From Planctomycetota bacterium (GTDB lineage: Bacteria; Planctomycetota; JAJSAM01; JAJVHW01), in NCBI GenBank assembly GCA_022072415.1, contig JAJVHW010000003.1, positions 1 to 59,659 on the forward strand: a DNA stretch of 59,659 bases, written 5' to 3'. The notes beneath the pieces were generated by a model. That model was not told the DNA's origin and searched no databases. It saw only the letters and a list, made by a program, of their open reading frames with translations. The position numbers were made by a program, and so were the translations under genes. Positions 40,833 through 48,846 of this stretch are shown here, one piece after another (position 1 is the first letter of the stretch; each line of letters begins with the position of its first letter).

Positions 40833-41678
40833 GAAGCGCGCCCTGGTGTGCATCTCCATCGACGCGTCGCCGGTGACCGCCTCCACGTAGTTCGCGACGG
40901 TCGTGCGGACGGTCGCGACGGGCTCGAACTCAAGAGCACCCGTGCCCTGGTCCTTCCCCGTGTAGTCGAAGGTCAGGAAGCTGATGTCCCACTGGTCGGT
41001 GGTCTCGGCAAACTGGATCCGGCTCCTCAGGTACTGGAACGGTCGGTCCTGCATCACCACGTAGAGCGGCACGCCGATCCGCTTCAGGAAGCGGGCCTTC
41101 ACGGCCACCTGCATGCCGAGCCGCTTGTAGATGTTCGCCATGTTCACGCCGTAGGCGACGGTGTCGCGTCGGCCCTTCCGCTTCGCCTCCTCGGTGAAGT
41201 ACTGCCGCCAGTCGGCGGCGCGCCCGTCCACCCACGCTCGCCATGCCGGGCCTACCCCTCCTCCTCGGATGTCGATCGCCTGGGTCTCGATGGCGATGGC
41301 GGAGACGTCCGCGCCGCGAAGGAGTGCGACGTAGTCGAACGACATGCGCGGCTTCGTGAGCACGACCTCGTCCACGAGCGTGACGTCCAGGGCCCGCTCC
41401 TTGAACCAGTCGACGATCGCCGAGTACACGGGCGCGCCGTCGAGACGGTGGTCGCAGACCGCGTAGACGTGCGCGTCGCCCTTGTCCCGCTCGGCTGCGT
41501 ACCGAACCGAGCAGTACCCGAACCCGTACTGCTGCTGCTTCTCGCAGAGCCGGTCCGAGAACGGGCACCACCGCCTTGCCCGCGCGGTGTGTGCCCCCTC
41601 CGACGCGCACGCGAGCGGGAATCCGTACCCCTCGACGATCGGGAAGTCCGGGTCAGGACGTGCTGGAGAGTTCGCCAC
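40755..41678 (-). CDS. type II restriction endonuclease, NotI-like (N-terminal Cys4 + PD-(D/E)xK core)
   Basis: ORF 40755..42026 trimmed to a GTG (41678; the alternative is 41696). 'WCPF..C..GYCSV..VYAVCDHRL' mirrors the NotI Cys4 pattern as I recall it. 'AIAIETQAIDIRGG' is a catalytic-core-like block. Convergent with the MTase. Confidence 0.6.
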   Translation of the reverse strand: MANSPARPDPDFPIVEGYGFPLACASEGAHTARARRWCPFSDRLCEKQQQYGFGYCSVRYAAERDKGDAHVYAVCDHRLDGAPVYSAIVDWFKERALDVTLVDEVVLTKPRMSFDYVALLRGADVSAIAIETQAIDIRGGGVGPAWRAWVDGRAADWRQYFTEEAKRKGRRDTVAYGVNMANIYKRLGMQVAVKARFLKRIGVPLYVVMQDRPFQYLRSRIQFAETTDQWDISFLTFDYTGKDQGTGALEFEPVATVRTTVANYVEAVTGDASMEMHTRARFLERVEQKARSRKSGAAPETPLLGDV

Positions 41679-41890
41679 GTGACAAGAAGATCTCACAGAG
41701 TAGGTGCTGTCAATCGCCGTCTCCGAGTCCAGCCCCGCATCCCCATCGCTCGGAAAGCCGGCTTCTGCACGCGACGGCCGGGGGATGCCAGGCTCGACCC
41801 GAGATTCCCTGGGCGGGGGTGTAACGCGATTCCCTCTACTGGAGTAGCAGGACCTCGCCGACGCGTCGTGAGGGCCGCAGCGCGGGAGAC

Positions 41891-42667
41891 GTGATGGGCA
41901 AGCCGAGCAGGGACCGAAGCGATGACGACGAACTGGCCAGCTCTCCGGCGGCGACCGACAGCGCGGCATCGCTGTTCGACCCCATGCGCCTGGCGAGCGC
42001 CGCGTCGCGTGCCGGTGACGCGGCATCGACGGCGAAGTACCTGTTCGAGTCCCGCTTCGTCGATGGCGCGGTCAGCCGAATCGGCCAGGAGTTCAACCAC
42101 GCCGACGCGGAGGACAGCGTCGCCGAAGCCGTGGCCGACGTCTGCCTCGCCATCCGGTCCGGGAAGAAGGTGCGGGAGCCCGCCGCGTACGTCTGGGTCG
42201 CCGCTCGGCGTCGAGCGATCGACAAGGCCATGGAGAACCGGCCGGTCCAGTTCGAGGAGGACGAGGAAGTCGATGGGACCGACGACGACGGTCCGGGGCG
42301 TGCCGCCGGGACCGACGGGCCCGCGCGCCGGTCATGGCGCGAGGCAGAGGAGGAGCGGCGGGACGATCTCAGGCGCAAGGGGATGGCGGTCGCCCGCACG
42401 CTCCTGCCTCAGCTCGGTCCCCGGGTGAAAGAAGTCATGACGTACATCCTGGACGCGATCGACGCCGGCTACGCGCACGTGCCTCACGAGCAGATCGCGG
42501 AGGACCTCGGCTTGACCGCGGACACGGTCCGCGTCGTCACGCACCGCGGGTTCGCCGCGCTCAAGCGACTCGCGCGGCAGCTCGGGCTCCACGACGAGGC
42601 GGGCGTGGGAGCCGTGATCGAAGACATCAGCCTGACGGCCGACGGCCCCGAAGACGACGAGGAGTGA
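41891..42667 (+). CDS. ECF-like sigma-70 family protein with acidic termini
   Basis: Region-2-like 'AEDSVAEAVADVCLAIRSGKKVREPAAYVWVAARRRAIDKAM'. Region-4-like 'HEQIAEDLGLTADTVRVVTHRGFAALKRLA'. Confidence 0.7.
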   Translation: MMGKPSRDRSDDDELASSPAATDSAASLFDPMRLASAASRAGDAASTAKYLFESRFVDGAVSRIGQEFNHADAEDSVAEAVADVCLAIRSGKKVREPAAYVWVAARRRAIDKAMENRPVQFEEDEEVDGTDDDGPGRAAGTDGPARRSWREAEEERRDDLRRKGMAVARTLLPQLGPRVKEVMTYILDAIDAGYAHVPHEQIAEDLGLTADTVRVVTHRGFAALKRLARQLGLHDEAGVGAVIEDISLTADGPEDDEE

Positions 42668-42671
42668 ACCG

Positions 42672-44180
42672 ATGAACAACGTGACACTGCGAAGCGCGCT
42701 GGAGTCGATCATCGAAACGGCGCGCGAGGTCTCGAGCGACCTCGGGGCCGAGGTGGAGGAGGTGGTCCGCGAAGGACTCGCTCGACCTCTCGACACGGCG
42801 CAGGCGCGTCGCCTGCTGGCGCGCATCGTCGAGGTGGTGGACGGGCGCGCCGCCGAGGTCATCAGCGACAGCGACACCGCGGCGCTCCGTCGCGACCTGC
42901 AGCGGCTCGATTCGGACGTGGGTGCGGGCAGGGACACGCCGCGGCCCCCGGCCGTGACGCTGGAGAGCCGTGAGGGGCTGGGCGGACCGGTCACGCCGAC
43001 GCCCGTGTTCCACGGTCGGAAGATCCCCATGAACGAGGGCATCGTGAAGACCCTCGACATTCCGCTCTGGGACCACAACGAGCGGTTGGAGATCCACCTC
43101 GAGCAGTTCCGGCAGGCGAATGGGCGCGGGCCGACGAGTGACGAGGTTCTCGACCTGATGCTCAGCCGGATGCAGCTGCCCGGCGCGCTCGACGACGAGT
43201 TCGAGATCCGGAAGCTGGCGAACAGCATCGCAGTCAGCGGTGTGCGCGTGGCCCCGATCCTCGCGCGCGACGGCACGCTGCTCGACGGCAACCGGCGCGT
43301 GGCGGCGTGCTGCTTGATCCTGTCAAGTGACGAGTTCACGCCGGAGCAGAAGTCCCGGGTCAGGGATCTCTACGTCTGGCAGCTCTCCGAACACGCGACC
43401 GCCGACGACGAGGAGGCCGTCGTCGTCTCCCTGAACTTCGAGCCCGACGGCAAGCTGCCGTGGCCCGAGTACGTGAAGGCCCGCAAGATCCACGAGGAGT
43501 GGCAGCGCGTGCTCGCCCTTGAGCCGCGGACGCCCGGATCGAAGCGGCTTGCCGAGCTGAAGCGCTCGCTCGCGGTGAAGTTCGCGTACGGCTCGGACAC
43601 CGGCGTGGTCAACCGCTACCTGAAGATGGTGGACCTCGCGACGGAGTTTGAGGACTACCACGTCAACTCGCGCGAGCGCGACATGTACGAAGTGCGTCAC
43701 CGCGCGGGCGAGTACTTCCAGTACTTCGACGAGCTCGCGAAGGGCGCGAGCCCCGGAGGCGTGGCGCACACGCTCGGGCAGAGCGAAGCACTGAAGCAGC
43801 TCGTGTTCGACCTGCTGTTCCAGGGCAAGTTCAAGAACTGGCGGTTGATCCGCTCTCTGAGGTACGTCCCGGAGAACCCCGAGTACCAGGCGAAGCTCGC
43901 CGAGATCCGCGACCGGAACACGACCACGCCCGACGACCTCGAGCAGGCCCAGGACGACGTCGAGGAGGTACTCGGCGCGTGCGTCGGGAAGCGCGCGGAG
44001 TCCCGGCAGCTCGGCGCCGACGCAAGGATCGCGAGCTTCGTGAGGTTTCTGGAGGGACTCCCTGTGGGCGCATTCCGCGACGAGCTCTCGGACAAGAGCT
44101 TGACGGACCTGCTCCGCGCCTTGGAGCTCGTCCGACCGGAAGTCGAGTCGATCCTGGCGCTGCGGTCGGAGCAGTCGTGA
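42672..44180 (+). CDS. ParB/Srx-fold N-terminal-domain protein (502 aa)
   Basis: 'IRKLANSIAVSGVRVAPILARDGTLLDGNRRVAACCLI' is ParB box-like. It starts 4 nt after the sigma-like stop. The large helical C-terminal part has no motif I recognise. Confidence 0.75.
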   Translation: MNNVTLRSALESIIETAREVSSDLGAEVEEVVREGLARPLDTAQARRLLARIVEVVDGRAAEVISDSDTAALRRDLQRLDSDVGAGRDTPRPPAVTLESREGLGGPVTPTPVFHGRKIPMNEGIVKTLDIPLWDHNERLEIHLEQFRQANGRGPTSDEVLDLMLSRMQLPGALDDEFEIRKLANSIAVSGVRVAPILARDGTLLDGNRRVAACCLILSSDEFTPEQKSRVRDLYVWQLSEHATADDEEAVVVSLNFEPDGKLPWPEYVKARKIHEEWQRVLALEPRTPGSKRLAELKRSLAVKFAYGSDTGVVNRYLKMVDLATEFEDYHVNSRERDMYEVRHRAGEYFQYFDELAKGASPGGVAHTLGQSEALKQLVFDLLFQGKFKNWRLIRSLRYVPENPEYQAKLAEIRDRNTTTPDDLEQAQDDVEEVLGACVGKRAESRQLGADARIASFVRFLEGLPVGAFRDELSDKSLTDLLRALELVRPEVESILALRSEQS

Positions 44181-45955
44181 ACGCACTCCGAGCCCCCGTG
44201 TGTGACGTCCGCCTCGGCGAGACGCCCGACCGGCTGGTCGTGACGCCGCGCGCACCTGACGACGTGCATCGCGTCGTCCGCGCGCTGCGGGCCGTGCCGG
44301 ATATCGGCCGCGTGCGCGTCGCCGCGGAGGGCCTGTCACTCGCCAGCACCGACGCGATCGCCATCCTCGAAGGAGTGCCGACGACGATCGACCTCAGGTG
44401 GTCCGAGGAGGCGCGTCGCGCGGTCGAGAACCGTCGTCAGGCAGTGGCTTCACACTCCCGCGTGCTGCGCGAGGCTCGAGCGATCGCGTCCGGGGGGCGG
44501 GTGACGGCCGAGGCCTACCTGGCGGACGTTGACGGCCTGGAGCCGCTGGACGACCACCAGTGGGCGAATGTAGCCGCGATGACGCTGCCCGGGTCGCCTG
44601 GGCTCTGCGTGTTCGACGAGCAGGGCGCCGGCAAGACGGTGACGACGATCTTCGGCTTCGACGTGCTCGCGTCGCGAGGCGAGACGGAGTTCCTGCTCAT
44701 CATCGCCCCGAAGAGCATGATCGCGGAGTGGCCGCGCGACTTCGAGCGATTCAAGGGGGACCTGTACCGCGTGGCCGTCGCGGCGGGCACCCGCACCGAG
44801 AAGCGCGCCGTCCTGCGGTCGGGCGCGAACGTGATTGTGACGAACTTCGAGACGGCCATCGCCGCTGAGCCGGAGCTCCGCGCGCTCCTCCGCCGCTACG
44901 GAGACCGCGCGATGCTCGTGGTGGACGAGTCGTTCTTCGTGAAGAACCTCGACGCAGCGCGCACGCGCGCGATTCGCAGGTTGCGTGAGTGGTGCGGTCG
45001 CGCCTACGTGCTGTGCGGGACGCCTGCTCCCAACGCGCCACAGGACCTCGTCGAGCAGTTCAACATCGTCGACTTTGGGATGACGTTCGACGGGCTCGAC
45101 GTCCCCGCGGACCGCTCTCTGGCGGCGCCCGTGGTGTCGCGGGCGATCGACGAGCGCGGCCTGTTCATCCGGCATCTCAAGGCCGACGTCCTCCCCGACC
45201 TTCCCGGGAAGCGCTTCCACCGCGTGTCCATTCCGATGTCCCCGCAACAGGCCACGGCGTACCGCGCCGCACTCCAGGACATGATCATCGACCTGCGGGG
45301 TACGAGCGACGCAGCGTTCCGGCGGCGCATCGCGTCGTTCCTCGCGCGGCGAAGCGCGCTGCTCCAGATCTGCTCGAACGCGGCGGCGCTGGTCCCGGGG
45401 TACACCGAGACGCCGCCGAAGCTCGAGGCGATGGACTCGCTGTTGGAGCGCCTCATCGGCCGCGAGGGCGAGAAGGTTGTCGTCTGGTCCTTCTACACAG
45501 CCTCGATCGACGCGCTGATCGCCCGCTACGCGCAGTACCGACCGGTACGGTACGACGGCACGGTCGCAGACGTGGCGGAGCGCCGCGAGTCGATCCGCCG
45601 GTTCCAGGAAGACGACTCGACGATGCTCTTCGTCGGCAACCCGGCAGCGGCGGGGGCTGGGATCACGCTCCACCGTGCCCGCATCGCGGTGTACGAGTCG
45701 TTGTCGAACCAGGCAGCTCACTACCTCCAGAGCCTCGACCGCATTCACCGGCGCGGCCAGACCCGGCCGGTCGAGTACGTCGTGCTGCTGACGGCGGACT
45801 CGATCGAACTCGCCGAGTACGACCGGCTGACGAGAAAGGAGATGGACGCGCGCGATCTCCTCGGGGACACGACCCAGCCGAACGTGACCCGCGAGGTTCT
45901 GCTCGACGAGGCGCTCGCCGCCGCCGAGCGGATCGGGCTCGGGCCGGTCGAGTGA
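44177..45955 (+). CDS. SNF2-family helicase/translocase
   Basis: GTG at 44177 overlaps the ParB-like stop (GTGA). Motifs I 'DEQGAGKT', II 'VVDESFFVKN', III 'LCGTPAPN', VI 'QSLDRIHRRGQTRPV'. Confidence 0.9.
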   Translation: MNALRAPVCDVRLGETPDRLVVTPRAPDDVHRVVRALRAVPDIGRVRVAAEGLSLASTDAIAILEGVPTTIDLRWSEEARRAVENRRQAVASHSRVLREARAIASGGRVTAEAYLADVDGLEPLDDHQWANVAAMTLPGSPGLCVFDEQGAGKTVTTIFGFDVLASRGETEFLLIIAPKSMIAEWPRDFERFKGDLYRVAVAAGTRTEKRAVLRSGANVIVTNFETAIAAEPELRALLRRYGDRAMLVVDESFFVKNLDAARTRAIRRLREWCGRAYVLCGTPAPNAPQDLVEQFNIVDFGMTFDGLDVPADRSLAAPVVSRAIDERGLFIRHLKADVLPDLPGKRFHRVSIPMSPQQATAYRAALQDMIIDLRGTSDAAFRRRIASFLARRSALLQICSNAAALVPGYTETPPKLEAMDSLLERLIGREGEKVVVWSFYTASIDALIARYAQYRPVRYDGTVADVAERRESIRRFQEDDSTMLFVGNPAAAGAGITLHRARIAVYESLSNQAAHYLQSLDRIHRRGQTRPVEYVVLLTADSIELAEYDRLTRKEMDARDLLGDTTQPNVTREVLLDEALAAAERIGLGPVE

Positions 45956-46548
45956 CCGCCCCCTCCGTCGCGCATGAGCAGCGCGCAGAGGTTCTCGACG
46001 CGCTTGCCGTGCTGGCGGGCTTCTCGGCCGAGCTGGCGTGCTGGCCGGACGGAACCAGGCCGGACGTGCTCCGTGCGGACGTTGCGCGACGCCGGTTGTT
46101 CGTCGGCGAGGCCAAGGCGACCGAGTCCCCCTGCAGGTCAGACACCGCGGAGCGCCTCGCGCGCTACCTGGCGTGGGTCGCCGCCGCGCGGGCCGACATG
46201 ACCTACGTCGCCATCTGCTTCGGCCGGCGCGACGACCGGCGCGGATGGATCCGGCTCCTTGAGCGCGTGTCCTCTCCGGCGGGAGTCGACCTCGCGAGCG
46301 TCGCGGGCTGGGCCATCGACTCGACCCACCACGTGGTCGTCGTGACGGTGCGTCCCGCCCGACGCACGCCGCCTCCTCCCGCCGAGTCGATCAGTTCGTG
46401 CGCGTCGCGACCGCACCGCGAGCGCGAACGAGCGCGCCTGACGCGTCTGGTGTCAGGATCGAGTCCACGTCGCGGCCTGAGCCGTGCTTGTGCATCCACG
46501 AACGCGCGGACGCGAGAGTCTGGTCGGAGCGCATCCGCGGCGGGTTGA
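45952..46548 (+). CDS. small PD-(D/E)xK (VRR-NUC-like) nuclease-fold protein
   Basis: GTG at 45952 overlaps the SNF2 stop (GTGA). 'RPDVLRAD...RRLFVGEAKATES' is a D...ExK motif. The Arg/Ser-rich tail overlaps the convergent MTase by 158 nt. Confidence 0.5.
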   Translation: MTAPSVAHEQRAEVLDALAVLAGFSAELACWPDGTRPDVLRADVARRRLFVGEAKATESPCRSDTAERLARYLAWVAAARADMTYVAICFGRRDDRRGWIRLLERVSSPAGVDLASVAGWAIDSTHHVVVVTVRPARRTPPPPAESISSCASRPHRERERARLTRLVSGSSPRRGLSRACASTNARTRESGRSASAAG

Positions 46549-47728
46549 GTACGGTCTTTGGTCGGCGGGACATGCGGTCGATCAAGTCGGGCTCGTGACA
46601 CACGACGGTGCCCAGTCGCGACGCCTTGCGCCGCGTGTCCGCCGCCGCGAGTAGCGCACGTCCGAGCGCCTCGCCCAGCCCGACCGGAACCGCGTTCCCG
46701 ATCTGGACGTACTGCTGAGGAACGCTGCCGACGAACTGCCAGTCGTCCGGGAACTGCTGAACCCGGGCATACTCGCGGATCGACAGCGGTCGCGTCTCCG
46801 TCGGGTGGCAGTGCATCGTCGCCTTGCTGTCCGGGCGCGTCGTCAGCGCCGGTGCCGGTCGGTCCCAAGCGAGCCGACGGAAGAACCCACTGCGGCCACC
46901 CCAGGACTCGTACGCGCCGCCGAGCGCCACCCGCTGGCTCCGAGTCGGCAGGTCCCGCCAGTTGCCGCCCTCCGGGATGCGCTCCATGTACTTGCGCTTG
47001 AACGGCGACAGGCGCGTGTAAGTGGGCTGCGCGTCGTGCAGGCCGACGAGTGCGTCGCGCAGCGTCCGCCACGGCAGGAGTCGGCCCTCGCCGTTGCGAG
47101 CGTGCGTCGGCGGGGGGATGCGTACGTCGCGACCGTCCCGCGATCCGAGGAAGACGACTCGCTCGCGCGTCTGCGGGACTCCGTAGTCCGCGGCGTTCAC
47201 CACGCCGAAGACGACGTAGTAGCCCGTCTCGCGCAGCTCCTTCACGATCAGGCGAAACGCCGAGCCGAGCTCCTCGTCGGGGTCGAGCGGGGAGCACCCA
47301 GGACCTCTTCGGTTCAGCGGACGGTGCCGCACCGCGGCCGACAGGACTCCGCGGACGTTCTCCATCACGAAGAACTGCGGCCTTGCCTCCGAGACGACCC
47401 TCAGGAACTCCCGGAACATGGTTCCCCTGGGATCCTCGAGTGACCCCCGCTGACCGGCGGTGCTGAACGCCTGACAACTCGGCCCACCGGAGATCGCGAA
47501 TGGCTCGTTGACCTTGAGTTGCGCGTGCTCCAGCAGCTCGGGCGTGGGCACCGTCTCGATGCGTCGTGCGACCGCGATCCCGGGTCGGTTCCGTTCAAGC
47601 GTCGCCACGGCGTTGTGCTGGCACTCAACGGCCGCGCGGACGTCGAGGCCCGCGCGCTCAAGTCCGAGGTCGAGTCCGAACGCTCCCGAGAAGAGCGAGA
47701 TGACGGGAGGGCGGGGTTCAGCGGGCAT
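46391..47728 (-). CDS. DNA (cytosine-5)-methyltransferase
   Basis: ORF 46391..47917 trimmed to 'MPAEPRPPVISLFSGAFG'. Motifs I, IV 'GGPSCQAFS', VI 'ENVRG', VIII 'QTRERVVFLG', X 'GNAVPV'. Confidence 0.92.
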   Translation of the reverse strand: MPAEPRPPVISLFSGAFGLDLGLERAGLDVRAAVECQHNAVATLERNRPGIAVARRIETVPTPELLEHAQLKVNEPFAISGGPSCQAFSTAGQRGSLEDPRGTMFREFLRVVSEARPQFFVMENVRGVLSAAVRHRPLNRRGPGCSPLDPDEELGSAFRLIVKELRETGYYVVFGVVNAADYGVPQTRERVVFLGSRDGRDVRIPPPTHARNGEGRLLPWRTLRDALVGLHDAQPTYTRLSPFKRKYMERIPEGGNWRDLPTRSQRVALGGAYESWGGRSGFFRRLAWDRPAPALTTRPDSKATMHCHPTETRPLSIREYARVQQFPDDWQFVGSVPQQYVQIGNAVPVGLGEALGRALLAAADTRRKASRLGTVVCHEPDLIDRMSRRPKTVLNPPRMRSDQTLASARSWMHKHGSGRDVDSILTPDASGALVRARGAVATRTN

Positions 47729-47978
47729 CGGCGGATCCTCCAGAGTCTCGCCGGGTGGCCCGACGTGCTTTCGAACGACGGCGCGACGTGCGGACGGGGT
47801 GCGAAAGCGCCTCGTGCAGGAGCGCGCGGATCCCGTCCGATCTGCTGAAGCGAACGCCCGGGGCCTCATCGCGTCGCGTTCGCGAGTAGTCGTCGACCTG
47901 CTCGAGCAGGCCGGCATCCAGGCGGAAGGAGATCAGCTTTCCGGCCTTCGTCACGCGCCTAGTATCCGGCTGTATCAC
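47718..47978 (-). CDS. ribbon-helix-helix (CopG/Arc-like) protein, candidate controller of the downstream MTase
   Basis: GTG at 47978 in the frame of ORF 47718..48185. 'KLISFRLDAGLLEQVDDYSR...SRSDGIRALLHEAL' fits a beta-alpha-alpha layout. It overlaps the MTase start by 11 nt. Confidence 0.55.
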   Translation of the reverse strand: MIQPDTRRVTKAGKLISFRLDAGLLEQVDDYSRTRRDEAPGVRFSRSDGIRALLHEALSHPVRTSRRRSKARRATRRDSGGSADAR

Positions 47979-48039
47979 AACGTTCGACAACGTATTCTCG
48001 GCACTTGTCTCGGTGTTTTTGCAGGACGACGCGGAGCGC

Positions 48040-48552
48040 CTACTTGGCCGGGGGCACGTCGGTCCCGGGCGAGGAGGGCCCAACCTCGGAACCCTGCGGT
48101 GTCGCCCCCACCTGCTTGCGATCGGCGGCGTGCGCGGCCTTCGCGCGGCGGATGAGCCGGTCAGCCGCCCTCGGATCGCCGCCAACTACCTCCGCCAGCG
48201 CTGCGTCCGCGAGCAGGGCTGCGGGGCTCCCGACCGGTGCGGTCTTGAGCAACTCAACCGCGCTCTGGGCGACGGCCTCGGGGTCGTTCGTCGTCGTCTG
48301 GGTCGCGGTCTGCCCCGCGGTCCCCGATCCCGATGCCCCGACGTCGCCGTTCGCCTCCTGGCCCGCGCGGCTGTCCACGTCGTCGATCGAGCCCGGGCCC
48401 CGGTTCGCGACCTGAGTGAAGTGCTGCTCGATCACGGGGGCTGTTGCGACCGGCTGGACGCCGAGCGCCTGGGCCAGCCCCTGACACCCGGCGCCGGCGA
48501 GGGCGGCGTGCGCGAGGACGAGGGCGGACGCGAAATTGCGGGCGCGGAACAT
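48040..48552 (-). CDS. lipoprotein (o-spanin-like?)
   Basis: Lipobox 'LAGAGC' after a signal peptide. Thr/Gly/Ala-rich, low-complexity body. Confidence 0.55.
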   Translation of the reverse strand: MFRARNFASALVLAHAALAGAGCQGLAQALGVQPVATAPVIEQHFTQVANRGPGSIDDVDSRAGQEANGDVGASGSGTAGQTATQTTTNDPEAVAQSAVELLKTAPVGSPAALLADAALAEVVGGDPRAADRLIRRAKAAHAADRKQVGATPQGSEVGPSSPGTDVPPAK

Positions 48553-48564
48553 GGCGGACTCCCT

Positions 48565-48843
48565 TCACGAGCGGTTGGCGAGCGCGGATCGGTCGATCCC
48601 GTCGCGGACTGCGTCTGCGACCAGTTGACGTTGCGCGTCGAGGGCCTCGCAGACTCGGCCCATGACGCGGCTGTTCTCGGAGATGGCCTCGCTGGCCTTC
48701 GCTTGCGTGGCGTGACAGGAGTCGGCGATCGCGCGGATCGTCTGATCCCGGCGGTCGAGCGCGCGGAGGAAGTAGACGACGAGCACGACCAGGACGGCGA
48801 GCGAGGGCACCTGCCGCGCGGCTTCCTTCAGCGCTTCGTCCAT
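48565..48843 (-). CDS. single-pass membrane protein with a helical tail (i-spanin/holin-like?)
   Basis: N-terminal TM 'PSLAVLVVLVVYFL', then a charged helix. It lies directly upstream of the lipoprotein gene. Confidence 0.5.
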   Translation of the reverse strand: MDEALKEAARQVPSLAVLVVLVVYFLRALDRRDQTIRAIADSCHATQAKASEAISENSRVMGRVCEALDAQRQLVADAVRDGIDRSALANRS

Positions 48844-48846
48844 GGT

